DNA of 63,096 bases from Patescibacteria group bacterium (GCA_018826905.1 JAHJYC010000001.1:1-63096); one strand, 5' to 3'. Counted from the stretch's first letter, positions 18,936 to 28,162 are shown. The notes: generated from the letters alone by a model not told the origin. Translations and numbers: made by a program.

Positions 18936-19337
18936 ATGAAAGAATTTTTCCAAGAATTTAAGAAGTTCGCCCTTCGTGGCAATGCAGTAGATCTTGCCAT
19001 CGGTATCGTGGTGGGAGCGTCGTTTACGGCCGTAACGAACTCACTCGTAAACAACATCATCACTCCTCCGCTCTCTCTACTTACAAAGGGTATTAACTTT
19101 GAAGAGCTCTCACTCTCAATTCCAAGTACAGATGCGGCCATTCACTACGGACTATTTGTTCAAGCAATTATAAGTTTTGTTATAACTGCATTCGTACTCT
19201 TCTTGCTTGTGCGCTTCATCAACAAGCTCACTGTTGCTGCTCGCAAGGAACAAGAAGAAGGGAAGACTCCACCGTCTCAGAAAAGCGCCGAGCTCATGGT
19301 GCTTGAAGAGATACGAGATACGTTGCGGAAGGAGTAG
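18936..19337 (+). CDS. mscL: Large-conductance mechanosensitive channel
   Basis: EFKKFALRGNAVDLAIGIVVG, LEEIRD. Confidence 0.96.
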   Translation: MKEFFQEFKKFALRGNAVDLAIGIVVGASFTAVTNSLVNNIITPPLSLLTKGINFEELSLSIPSTDAAIHYGLFVQAIISFVITAFVLFLLVRFINKLTVAARKEQEEGKTPPSQKSAELMVLEEIRDTLRKE

Positions 19338-19346
19338 ACTATAAGC

Positions 19347-19997
19347 ATGAAGCAACTTATTGCTGGTGTCGTACTTATCTTCGTTCTTGGGGTAGGTGCG
19401 TTCCTGTATAGAAACGCTGTAGAGCGTCCGTACGTTGCTCAGCAAACAGCATGTACTCTTGAGGCAAAGTTGTGCCCTGACGGCTCTGCTGTTGGCCGTG
19501 TAGGGCCTTCCTGCACCTTTGCACCCTGTGCCTTTCCTAATGTAGAAATTACCGACAAGAACGTTGCCTTCCTTGTTCCGGAAGGCTATACAGCAGATGA
19601 GCGCGCGTATGGAGGAGATCCAACACTTATTGCAGCCTTTCAGAAAGCAGACACGCATCTTTTGTTTGTGCGGAGCTATTCTATTCCAGAGGGAGAAACT
19701 GCTGAGTCCACTATGCTTGCGAGCACAGTGCATCGTTCATCAGGAGAACAGCCACCAAACCTCAACACGTTTGAAAGCGTGCTCGTAAACGGCAAAACAT
19801 TCCGCTCAATAGTTACTGAGCGTTTTGAAGGACAGGTACGCAGTGTGTACTACCTTCCTCGCACTTCGGATGTTCTCGCGTTTGAGATAGTAGAAAACAG
19901 CGTGCCTAACTGGATGGACACCGCACTCGTTGTAGAGAACCTTCCAGAGCACAAGGCACTCCTTACACTTCTCGGAACTCTTCAGGTAGGGGAGTAG
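19347..19997 (+). CDS. Membrane-anchored exported protein with CPR Cys motif
   Basis: N-terminal TM; CTLEAKLCPDGSAVGRVGPSCTFAPC. Confidence 0.75.
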   Translation: MKQLIAGVVLIFVLGVGAFLYRNAVERPYVAQQTACTLEAKLCPDGSAVGRVGPSCTFAPCAFPNVEITDKNVAFLVPEGYTADERAYGGDPTLIAAFQKADTHLLFVRSYSIPEGETAESTMLASTVHRSSGEQPPNLNTFESVLVNGKTFRSIVTERFEGQVRSVYYLPRTSDVLAFEIVENSVPNWMDTALVVENLPEHKALLTLLGTLQVGE

Positions 19998-19999
19998 TG

Positions 20000-20764
20000 C
20001 TACTCAAGTACAAGCAACAACGCCATGATGCCAAGTCCAACGAGGATGGCGACAAACTGAAGCAGGGTACGCTTTGCTCCTGTTGTCTTATGCAACTCTG
20101 GCACAAGATCAGAGCCAGCAATATAAACGAAGCTTCCTGCAGCAAATGCTGCGATAAGCGGTGACGCTGATTCAAACGTATCGGCTAGCCAGAAAGCGAG
20201 CCCGGCTCCCGCAAACGCCAAGAGAGCCGAGACAAAGTTAACAAGGAGTGCTTTGGTGCGAGAAAAGCCGGCGTGCACTAGAAGAGCGAAGTCGCCAATC
20301 TCCTGGGGTATTTCATGCAACATAATGGCGATGGTTGTTGCGATGCCAACTTCAACTGAAATAAGAAACGCAGCACCAATCGCAACACCGTCTACAAAGT
20401 TATGCAGTCCGTCTGAGACGAGTACTAAATGGCCAACAGGATGAACGCGCGCATGGGTCTCTGCCTCAAGCTCGTTTTCTCCGTGCGAATGATGCCATCG
20501 TAGAAACTTCTCAAGGGCAAAGAAGGTAAGAATACCTCCAAGAATAAGAGAGGACACAAGCAGAGGATTCCCTGCTTCTTCAAATGCCTCAGGGATGAGG
20601 TGTATGAATGCGTCGCCAAAGAGGGCACCAGCGGCAACAGATACTAATAGGAAAAGAATCTTACGAAGTACACTTTCTTTCCAGGCAAGCGCCACAATAC
20701 CAACAAGGGAAACAAGGCTAACGACGCCAACTGCAAGGAGGGCGGAGATGATTTGTATAGTCAT
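20000..20764 (-). CDS. ZIP-family metal transporter
   Basis: DGLHNFVDG, HEIPQEIGDF, His-rich loop WHHSHGE. Confidence 0.93.
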   Translation of the reverse strand: MTIQIISALLAVGVVSLVSLVGIVALAWKESVLRKILFLLVSVAAGALFGDAFIHLIPEAFEEAGNPLLVSSLILGGILTFFALEKFLRWHHSHGENELEAETHARVHPVGHLVLVSDGLHNFVDGVAIGAAFLISVEVGIATTIAIMLHEIPQEIGDFALLVHAGFSRTKALLVNFVSALLAFAGAGLAFWLADTFESASPLIAAFAAGSFVYIAGSDLVPELHKTTGAKRTLLQFVAILVGLGIMALLLVLE

Positions 20765-20791
20765 ACATAAACGCTAGCATGACCTCCTCCT

Positions 20792-20812
20792 AGATGCAAT
20801 TCATTCGCATCT
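20792..20812. promoter_or_regulatory. Candidate Fur/Zur-family operator
   Basis: AGATGC-N9-GCATCT overlapping the ZIP -35 (TTGCAT-17-TAGCGT on the minus strand). Confidence 0.5.
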
Positions 20813-20846
20813 GGATAAAGCAGATGAACACGCGTATGATTACGGT

Positions 20847-21254
20847 ATGAATTCAGAGAAGATACGAGCCCTTCTTGCTGGAGTAGACTTGCGTGCAACA
20901 ACTCAGCGAGTTGCTTTGCTCAAGGAGTTGTTAGAGCAAGCACATCCGCTCTCTGTGGAAAAGCTTACTCAGGGCATGGGCAATGCACTGGACACAGCAA
21001 CGGTGTACAGAACATTGGATACCTTTGAAGAGAAGGGGTTGGTGCGCAAAGTTGAGCTAGCTCAAGGCAGAGCACTCTATGAGCACGCTGGAGAGCACCA
21101 CCATCACATAGTATGTACTGAGTGCGGAGTAATACAGGATGTGGACGTCTGCCTTCCCAAGAGTGTACAAGGTACGGTACAGAGAGCCTCTGGGTTTGCG
21201 AATGTTAACGAGCACGCACTTGAGTTTTTTGGAGTGTGTAAGAAATGCGCATAG
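20847..21254 (+). CDS. Fur-family regulator (probably Zur)
   Basis: TTQR, ATVYRTL, HHHHIVCTECG, GVCKKC; divergent from ZIP. Confidence 0.92.
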   Translation: MNSEKIRALLAGVDLRATTQRVALLKELLEQAHPLSVEKLTQGMGNALDTATVYRTLDTFEEKGLVRKVELAQGRALYEHAGEHHHHIVCTECGVIQDVDVCLPKSVQGTVQRASGFANVNEHALEFFGVCKKCA

Positions 21255-22378
21255 ATATGATACGAACACTAATTCTCCCGTTGATGCTTGGTGCGAGCTT
21301 GTTCGCGCCTCAAGTGGGGTTTGCACAGGTCTTAGAGAGAGATATTGAAACACTTGAGAAAGCGCGCGTGCTTTCCGTTGTGGATCAGGGAATTCAACAG
21401 ATACCCGGCACTGATGTTGCTGACAGAGCACAGCTTCTTTCTGCTGAGGTGCTCACCGGAGAGGAGAAAGGGAAGGTGGTGAGTTTTAGGAATGATTTCA
21501 CACAACTGGAGGAAGGAGATTTGTTTTACTTACGGCATTTAGTAAGTCCCACAGATGGAACTGAGTTTTATTCAGTTGCTGATCCGTACCGATTAAATGT
21601 GTTGATTGGGCTTGCGGTTGTGTTTGTGTTTCTCGTCTTTCTCTTTGGTGGTTTACAGGGCATGCGCGGGCTTCTGTCCCTTGTAGGGAGTCTGCTCTTA
21701 ATTTTTTATGTGCTATTGCCTGGCATTTCTTCAGGGCTTTCTCCTGTGTTTGTCGCAATTGGTGTGGCCTCTCTCATTATTATTGTCGGCTCGTATATTA
21801 CTCACGGCTTCACAAGGACAACAACTGCGGCAGTTATTGGCATGATAAGCACTGTTGTGGTGACAGGTCTTGCTGCATGGCTTGTTGTTGATATGGCGGC
21901 ACTGTCTGGGTATGGGTCTGATGAGAGTGTGTACTTGCGCTTCCAGTCTGGAGGAACAATTGATCTCATCGGAGTGCTCTTGGGCGGAATACTCATTGGG
22001 CTTCTCGGTGTTTTGTACGATAGTGCCATCGGCCAAGCGGTTGCCGTTGAGGAGTTACTTCGCATCGGCGGGTCTGTCTCAAAGAAGGAGGTTTATCTGC
22101 GAGCCCTTCGTATCGGAAGGGAGCACATTGGAGCACTCGTAAACACGCTCGCCATTGCCTACGTGGGTGCGTCCCTGCCGCTCTTTCTACTCCTGCAGTA
22201 TTCTTCAGCCTCTGCAGGTTATATCGTAAACGGGGAGGTATTTGCTACTGAAATAGTACGCATTCTCATCGGCAGTATTGGTCTGGTGCTCGCTGTGCCA
22301 GTAACGACCCTCATAGCCGTCTACTTAATACGGCCTACACAGAATCCTCGTGATACCATGCAGGCACACAAACACTAA
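21245..22378 (+). CDS. YibE/F-family membrane protein
   Basis: LGVLYD, IGREHIGALVNTLAIAYVGASLP, EIVRILIGSIGL. Confidence 0.88.
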   Translation: MRIDMIRTLILPLMLGASLFAPQVGFAQVLERDIETLEKARVLSVVDQGIQQIPGTDVADRAQLLSAEVLTGEEKGKVVSFRNDFTQLEEGDLFYLRHLVSPTDGTEFYSVADPYRLNVLIGLAVVFVFLVFLFGGLQGMRGLLSLVGSLLLIFYVLLPGISSGLSPVFVAIGVASLIIIVGSYITHGFTRTTTAAVIGMISTVVVTGLAAWLVVDMAALSGYGSDESVYLRFQSGGTIDLIGVLLGGILIGLLGVLYDSAIGQAVAVEELLRIGGSVSKKEVYLRALRIGREHIGALVNTLAIAYVGASLPLFLLLQYSSASAGYIVNGEVFATEIVRILIGSIGLVLAVPVTTLIAVYLIRPTQNPRDTMQAHKH

Positions 22379-22387
22379 TAATTATCT

Positions 22388-23191
22388 ATGAATAAGCTTG
22401 TTGAAGAACTTTCTAGCAATAAAATGATCCGTTCAGCGTTTGCTGCCGTACTCATTGTTCTCGCTTTATTCCTTGTAGCAAAGACCTGGAACGCCATCTT
22501 TGATAAGGGGCCAAACGAGTATGTGAACACGATAACTGTTGAGGGAACAGGCAGAAGTGCTGCGGTACCTGATACTGCACGCATTACGTTCACGGTTACT
22601 GAATCAGCCACAAACGTTGGAGACGCTCAAGACGCAGCAACAAAGCGTACCGATGATGCTCTTAACGCTGTCTCAGAGATGGGAGTGGAAGATAAAGACA
22701 TTAAAACAGTCGCGTACAACGTCACTCCACGGTACGAGTACACGCAGCGTCCGTGTGCTCCGGGAATGATGTGCGCAGCGTATGTTTCAAATAGCCCAAC
22801 TATAGTTGGATACGATGTGTCACAGACAGTTGAAGTGAAGGTTCGCGATACGGCAAAGGCCGGGGAAGTGCTTGAAGCACTTGGCGGACTTGGTGTACAG
22901 AACATCTCTGGCCCTGAGTTTGTCCTTGATGACGAGTCAGCAGTAAAGAACGAGGCTCGCGAGGAGGCAATTAGAGAGGCCCGCATGAAGGCCAAGGAGC
23001 TCGCAAAGGAACTTGGTGTTCGTCTTGGGAAAGTCGTGTCGTACTCTGAAGGGAGCCAGGGCTACCCTATGTACGATAGCTACGGAAAGGGAGGAAGCGC
23101 AATGAATGCTGAAATGCGCTCAGCACCGTCGCTCCCTACGGGAGAGAATGAAACAAATGTCACTGTTATGGTGACGTACGAGATTCACTAA
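22388..23191 (+). CDS. SIMPL (DUF541) domain protein
   Basis: ITVEGTG...VPD, DIKT, AREEAIREARMKAKELA. Confidence 0.9.
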   Translation: MNKLVEELSSNKMIRSAFAAVLIVLALFLVAKTWNAIFDKGPNEYVNTITVEGTGRSAAVPDTARITFTVTESATNVGDAQDAATKRTDDALNAVSEMGVEDKDIKTVAYNVTPRYEYTQRPCAPGMMCAAYVSNSPTIVGYDVSQTVEVKVRDTAKAGEVLEALGGLGVQNISGPEFVLDDESAVKNEAREEAIREARMKAKELAKELGVRLGKVVSYSEGSQGYPMYDSYGKGGSAMNAEMRSAPSLPTGENETNVTVMVTYEIH

Positions 23192-23201
23192 TCTCACAGG
23201 T

Positions 23202-23238
23202 TGAGAAAACCCCGCCTGCAAAGGGCGGGGTTTTCTCA
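23202..23238. terminator. Intrinsic terminator
   Basis: TGAGAAAACCCCGCC-7nt-GGCGGGGTTTTCTCA. Confidence 0.85.
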
Positions 23239-23239
23239 T

Positions 23240-23268
23240 TTGACAGCGTAGGAAGGCCGTACTATCAT
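23240..23268 (+). promoter_or_regulatory. Sigma70 promoter for secE-nusG-rplK
   Basis: TTGACA-17 nt-TATCAT. Confidence 0.8.
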
Positions 23269-23311
23269 GCAGATATATAAGGCCCGCGGGGCTTTTTTAT
23301 TTGCAAACTGC

Positions 23312-23500
23312 ATGAAATCACTCTTCACCTACTTCAAAAATGTGCGCGGCGAGATGACGCACGTTGTGTGGCCAGATCGTAAGGTTGCCATTATGCACAC
23401 TGGACTCATTATTTTGATTTCAGCGGTAGTTGCGCTGTATATCGCGGGCATTGACTACGTCTTTGCAGGAGTGGTGAACCGCATCATCTTGGGCTACTAG
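23312..23500 (+). CDS. secE: Preprotein translocase SecE
   Basis: YFKNVRGEMTHVVWP, one TM, upstream of nusG. Confidence 0.93.
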   Translation: MKSLFTYFKNVRGEMTHVVWPDRKVAIMHTGLIILISAVVALYIAGIDYVFAGVVNRIILGY

Positions 23501-23514
23501 TCCTCTCATACTCT

Positions 23515-24084
23515 ATGGAAATAAAAACACCTCCTCACTTTAATGATGATGCTATGGACCAGACTCCACGCTGGTACACGATTCATACCTATGCAGGGTA
23601 TGAGAATGCAGTGGAGCGTAACTTAAAGCAGCGTATTGAATCTCTCGGAATGGAGAACAAGATCTTTGAAGTAGTTGTCCCTACTGAAAAGAAGATTCGT
23701 GTGAAGGCAGGAAAGCGCATCGTAGAAGAGGAGAAGATTTATCCGGGTTACATTCTCGTGCGCATGATTGTAGACGAGGATTCGTGGTTCGTGGTGCGTA
23801 ACACTCCTCGCGTAACAGGTTTCGTTGGAGCAGGGAACACCCCTGTCCCTATGGAAGAGAGTGAGGTGAAGACACTCATGAAGCGCATGGACGCGGAAGC
23901 ACCGAAGCACCGCATTGACCTTACGAAGGATGACCCAATCGTTATTATGGACGGTCCCTTTAAAGATCTTGAAGGTAAGGTGGGTGAGATTGATGAAGAA
24001 CGAGGCAAGGTTAAAGTTATGGTGGCGATGTTTGGTCGGGAGACTCCGGTTGAGCTGGATTTCTTGCAGATCCGCAAGCTATAA
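23515..24084 (+). CDS. nusG: Transcription factor NusG
   Basis: WYTIHTYAGYE, YPGYILV, VRNTPRVTGFVG, FGRETPVEL; start could be 23554. Confidence 0.97.
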   Translation: MEIKTPPHFNDDAMDQTPRWYTIHTYAGYENAVERNLKQRIESLGMENKIFEVVVPTEKKIRVKAGKRIVEEEKIYPGYILVRMIVDEDSWFVVRNTPRVTGFVGAGNTPVPMEESEVKTLMKRMDAEAPKHRIDLTKDDPIVIMDGPFKDLEGKVGEIDEERGKVKVMVAMFGRETPVELDFLQIRKL

Positions 24085-24108
24085 CGTAGAGTCTGTAAAC
24101 GAATTCAT

Positions 24109-24531
24109 ATGGCAAAAGCAATTAAGAAAATCAAACTCCAGATCCCTGGTGGCAAGGCAACCCCAGCTCCTCCTGTAGGAACTGTACTTGGTCCTGCCGG
24201 TGTTAACATTGGCGATTTCGTCAACAAGTTCAACGAGCAGACTCGTGACCAAATGGGCGTCATTATTCCTGTTGAGATGACTGTCTATGACGATCGTACC
24301 TTTACGTTCGTTCTTAAGGTCTCTCCTATGTCTCGTCTTATCCTTAAGGCACTTGGTGTAGATAAGGGTTCTGGCAAGACTCCTCTTTCAAAGGTAGGAA
24401 ACCTTTCAAAAGAGCAGGTACGTCAGATTGCAGAAACAAAGATGCCAGACCTCACTGCGGGAAGTATTGAAGCAGCTGAGCGTATGGTTGAGGGAACTGC
24501 AAAGTCCATGGGCGTTACCGTAGGGAAATAG
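24109..24531 (+). CDS. rplK: 50S ribosomal protein L11
   Basis: [23 protein letters not shown]. Confidence 0.97.
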   Translation: MAKAIKKIKLQIPGGKATPAPPVGTVLGPAGVNIGDFVNKFNEQTRDQMGVIIPVEMTVYDDRTFTFVLKVSPMSRLILKALGVDKGSGKTPLSKVGNLSKEQVRQIAETKMPDLTAGSIEAAERMVEGTAKSMGVTVGK

Positions 24532-24543
24532 GGTTCCATACTA

Positions 24544-24583
24544 AACAAGCAAAAGGCCCGCACGTGCGGGCCTTTTGCTTGTT
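24544..24583. terminator. Perfect 40-bp palindrome / terminator after rplK
   Basis: AACAAGCAAAAGGCCCGCAC|GTGCGGGCCTTTTGCTTGTT. Confidence 0.85.
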
Positions 24584-24645
24584 ATAGGGATGTAGTGTAG
24601 GTTCATCAAGTACATTTCGTACATGCACATTGGAGGGAAGACTAC

Positions 24646-25290
24646 ATGCCCACAGCATGCTTAGACCTTAGCGGTGTCATCTTGGACACCAGCGCAGCGC
24701 TACACGCGCTCGCTTGCGAAGAATCCGGTCTGGATATTCCGGCCGGAATCTTTGCAGGGAAGGAGTCGGTGGGAATGAAATTCCCGCTGAAGGAAGACGA
24801 GAATCGCTTCGGCGAATTTCTGGCTGCGCACTGGGAGGCCGCCAAGCTCCGGTTCTTTGAAAACCGGGATGATTTCCTCAGTCACGCTTTGTTCGTTCAA
24901 GGCGCACTGAGGTCGGCACAGATTCTCGTGTCGCGCGGCTGGGGAATCGCTATCGTCTCAGACGTGAAGCGTCTGGACGAGGGGCTGCTGCGGCACTGGC
25001 TGCATCAGCAGAAGTTCCCGAACACGGATGCCAGCCGCATTCTGACGCGCGGCCAAGAGCCGAAAGCTGGTTGGCAGTCCTGCTGCGACGTCGTCGTGGA
25101 CAACGAGCTGGGACAGCTGCTGCCGCTGGCGAAAGAGAGCGGACTGCGGCTCGTGCACTTCCTGCCCGACCCGAAGTCGGTCGGCGGTCAGCGCAAGCTG
25201 GAGACGTCGCTGCACCCCTCTATCGCGTCTCTTCGCGGATGGGAGGAGGCCCTCCCGTTCATTCTTCAGTTTGAAGAGGCGCTGGCGTAA
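24646..25290 (+). CDS. High-GC HAD-fold-like hypothetical protein
   Basis: LDLSGVILDT (motif I-like), IVSD, VVVDN; SD GGAGGG at 24632. Confidence 0.65.
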   Translation: MPTACLDLSGVILDTSAALHALACEESGLDIPAGIFAGKESVGMKFPLKEDENRFGEFLAAHWEAAKLRFFENRDDFLSHALFVQGALRSAQILVSRGWGIAIVSDVKRLDEGLLRHWLHQQKFPNTDASRILTRGQEPKAGWQSCCDVVVDNELGQLLPLAKESGLRLVHFLPDPKSVGGQRKLETSLHPSIASLRGWEEALPFILQFEEALA

Positions 25291-25305
25291 GCCAGCCGCC
25301 ACAAC

Positions 25306-25332
25306 AAGCCCTGAGCAAAATGCTTAGGGTTT
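25306..25332. terminator. Terminator between convergent genes
   Basis: AAGCCCTGAGCA-aaa-TGCTTAGGGTTT. Confidence 0.7.
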
Positions 25333-25335
25333 TTA

Positions 25336-25860
25336 TTATTCCCGCTCAAGCGTCACCCACTTGTATGTGATGCCGTTCCAATCACGCACTTCCTCTGAAA
25401 TCTTTTTTGTAAACAGGGATTCGTACTCAGGAAAGAAGATATCGCTTTCTTTCTCGTCATCAATAAGAGTGAGATACAGCCGAGACACCAATGGAAGTGT
25501 CTCTTTGTATAGCTCAATTCCTCCGCCGATATGAATCTCTTCAGCGCCTGGAGCGGCCCGTGCAGCTTTAAGTGCTTCTCCGAGTGAATGCACAACCAAT
25601 GCCCCTGGTGCTTCGTAAGTTTCGTTGCGCGTAACAACAATGTTAGTCCTTTCAGGAAGAGGACGATACTTTTCTGGAAGAGACTCCCATGTTTTGCGGC
25701 CCATAATAACGGGGTGCCCTATAGTCAGTCTCTTAAACCGTCTGAGATCATCCGGGATGTGCCACAGAAGTTTATTATCTTTCCCAATAGCGCGATTGTT
25801 TGCGCCGTCTCTCCCTAACGAAACAACAATACTTATCCTTTCTTTTGCTTCTTGTGCCAT
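25336..25860 (-). CDS. folA: Dihydrofolate reductase
   Basis: IGKDNKLLWHIPDDL, IMGRKTWESL, PLPERTNIV, IGGG. Confidence 0.96.
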   Translation of the reverse strand: MAQEAKERISIVVSLGRDGANNRAIGKDNKLLWHIPDDLRRFKRLTIGHPVIMGRKTWESLPEKYRPLPERTNIVVTRNETYEAPGALVVHSLGEALKAARAAPGAEEIHIGGGIELYKETLPLVSRLYLTLIDDEKESDIFFPEYESLFTKKISEEVRDWNGITYKWVTLERE

Positions 25861-26540
25861 GGTTGCACTTTCTTAATATCCTTGTCGTTCCAAAGTTGGG
25901 GAAGCATTGACTCTGGCTTCCAAGACTTTTTGAGTTCTGAAAGATTTGTAGACTTCGCGTACTTTCCGGCTTTTGTATAATCTCGTTCTAGAATTGGGCC
26001 TGTTTCAAAGAAAATGATCTGTGCAATACGTCGCCCTACAACAAGAGGAATAATGTAGTTCTTGGAGTTGTTCGTAATCTCCATTGTCCAGCGGTTTATA
26101 TAACCAACATCGCCCCACCCAGCACACTTACAGACCTCAATGAAGTTACGTCCCATTGATGAGCGGGCCTTCATCATGGTGGTAATGTGGTCCTTGCCTC
26201 CAATGAACTCATTCGTATGCGCAAGAATGGTTTCTCCAGGACGAAGTACAATAACTTTATCGTCAGGACGAATGCCGTCAAAAGCAAAGTTGTATTTCTT
26301 AAAGGCCTCCTTAGCAAGTACAGCACGCTCTACTTTGTCTGCACCCCACACATGCTCCATGTGCTCCTGGCTCCAGATGTTGTATAGGCTATGGTTGTAT
26401 TTCGTTGGTTGTTCTCTAAAAAACCATTCGCCTAGAGTCACGTCGTAGCTGGATGTTGCAAGCTGCTCCTCTGTAAAGGGAGAGATAACAATAGATCCCT
26501 TCTTCATTTCTTCTTGGATGCGTCTGTCAGATAGTGCCAT
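25833..26540 (-). CDS. dcd: dCTP deaminase
   Basis: LSDRRI, SYDVTLG, ARSSMGR, GDVGY...TMEITN, RIAQIIF. Confidence 0.9.
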   Translation of the reverse strand: MALSDRRIQEEMKKGSIVISPFTEEQLATSSYDVTLGEWFFREQPTKYNHSLYNIWSQEHMEHVWGADKVERAVLAKEAFKKYNFAFDGIRPDDKVIVLRPGETILAHTNEFIGGKDHITTMMKARSSMGRNFIEVCKCAGWGDVGYINRWTMEITNNSKNYIIPLVVGRRIAQIIFFETGPILERDYTKAGKYAKSTNLSELKKSWKPESMLPQLWNDKDIKKVQPWHKKQKKG

Positions 26541-26550
26541 AGTCAGGTGA

Positions 26551-27384
26551 TTATACGGCCATCTCCGCTTTTATCGTAGGGTGTGACTCGTAGCCTACAA
26601 GTTTAATGTCTTTCATAGTGAATCCGGTTATATCTTTTACTTCTGGGTTAAGGGAAAGGGTAGGGAACGCGTAAGGAGTTCGTGTGAGCTGTTCTTGTAC
26701 TGCGTCAAAGTGGGTGTGGTAAATATGGGCGTCACCAAGAGAGTGGATGAATTCATGAGCCACAAGCCCCGTTGCCTGCGCCACCATATGAAGCAAGAGG
26801 GAATAGGAGGCGATATTGAAAGGAACTCCCAGGAACATGTCGCATGAACGCTGATGCATGAGGAGAGAAAGCTTTCCGTCTGCAACGAAGAATTGAGAGA
26901 ACATATGGCATGGCGGGAGCGCCATCTGTTCAAGCTCGCCAGGGTTCCACGCCGTAAGGATAAGACGGCGACTATACGGATCTTTTTTGATCTGTTCTAT
27001 AAGGTCTGCAATCTGGTCTACTTCGCTCCCGTCTGGACGCTTCCAGTGTCTCCACTGCACACCATACACACGGCCCAGGTCTCCAGGGAACTTAGCCTTC
27101 GGTGTCCAGTAGTCTGCTTGTGCGTTAGCGCTCCATATAGTGCGCTCAGAGCTGTTTAACTCCTTAAGACGATTCTCATCCCCAGATCCCTCCAAAAACC
27201 ACAGCAGCTCGCTTTTAACGGCCTTAAAAGCAAGTTTCTTTGTTGTTAACGCAGGAAAGCCATCCTGCATGTTGAATTTCATCTGAAGGCCAAAAAGCGC
27301 TCTGGTCCCTGTCCCTGTGCGATCGCTACGATCAACGCCGGTATCCATAATCTGCTTCAGGAGATCTAGATAGGCTTGTTCCAT
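26551..27384 (-). CDS. thyA: Thymidylate synthase
   Basis: DRTGTGT, YGVQWR, ALPPCH, QRSCDMFLGVPFNIASY. Confidence 0.98.
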   Translation of the reverse strand: MEQAYLDLLKQIMDTGVDRSDRTGTGTRALFGLQMKFNMQDGFPALTTKKLAFKAVKSELLWFLEGSGDENRLKELNSSERTIWSANAQADYWTPKAKFPGDLGRVYGVQWRHWKRPDGSEVDQIADLIEQIKKDPYSRRLILTAWNPGELEQMALPPCHMFSQFFVADGKLSLLMHQRSCDMFLGVPFNIASYSLLLHMVAQATGLVAHEFIHSLGDAHIYHTHFDAVQEQLTRTPYAFPTLSLNPEVKDITGFTMKDIKLVGYESHPTIKAEMAV

Positions 27385-27390
27385 AAGCGC

Positions 27391-27398
27391 AGTATACT
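27391..27398. promoter_or_regulatory. Palindromic bidirectional -10 element (TATACT on both strands)
   Basis: AGTATACT, 6 nt from the thyA ATG and 7 nt from the tmk ATG. Confidence 0.65.
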
Positions 27399-27405
27399 AG
27401 ACGGA

Positions 27406-28107
27406 ATGCAGCATGGAATGTTTATAGTCCTGGATGGAAACGATGGATCAGGAAAGGCTACCCAATCTAAGCTTTTACAGGACCGTTTTGAGAAAGAGGG
27501 CGTTAGCGTAGCCCATGTAGACTTCCCAGCCTACGATCGCAGCATCTTCGGTACTTTGATCGGAGAGTGCTTGCGTGGAGAACACGGAGATTTCCTCGCG
27601 CTTGATCCAAAGATTGCATCAACACTGTATGCGCTGGACAGATACGAGGCAGCTCCAAAGATACGAGAACTTCTTCAGAAGGGAACAGTAGTTGTTGCAG
27701 ATCGGTACGCAAGCGCAAATCAAATACACCAGGGAGGCAAAATAGAGGACGAGAAGGAGCGAGCAGAATTCCTTCGGTGGCTTGCTACTGTTGAATACGA
27801 AACGTTAAAGATTCCACACCCTGATCAGGTTATCTATCTAGATGTGCCTGTTGAGATAAGTATGGGACTTCTTTCAGAAAAGCGAGCGGTTAAAAATGGC
27901 GGGCTTGGAGAAGGAGAGAAGGATATGGTTGAGCAAGACAGAAACTATTTAGAAAGGAGTCGTGAGAGCGCACAATTTCTTGTGCGTACTGAGAAGTCCT
28001 GGTCTGCGATCTCCTGCATGTCTGCTGAGGGCACTCTTCGCTCTCGGCAAGAGATACACGAGGATATCTGGGAGCTCGCATGCAGGCTTCGAAAGGGTTT
28101 ATACTAG
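27406..28107 (+). CDS. tmk: Thymidylate kinase
   Basis: IVLDGNDGSGKATQ, LYALDR, ADRY; start ATG 27406. Confidence 0.93.
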   Translation: MQHGMFIVLDGNDGSGKATQSKLLQDRFEKEGVSVAHVDFPAYDRSIFGTLIGECLRGEHGDFLALDPKIASTLYALDRYEAAPKIRELLQKGTVVVADRYASANQIHQGGKIEDEKERAEFLRWLATVEYETLKIPHPDQVIYLDVPVEISMGLLSEKRAVKNGGLGEGEKDMVEQDRNYLERSRESAQFLVRTEKSWSAISCMSAEGTLRSRQEIHEDIWELACRLRKGLY

Positions 28108-28162
28108 AAGTCATGAGATAGGAATCCGCAGCCCGTTTATTCATCAATAATCAGTTTTACCT

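Noticed and set aside
24544..24583. Perfect palindrome as MITE or recombination site
   Set aside because: Single copy, 12 nt after the rplK stop, with A/T tracts; explained as a terminator.
28108..28162. ZTP or THF riboswitch before glyA
   Set aside because: Only 55 nt and none of the conserved motifs recognisable.
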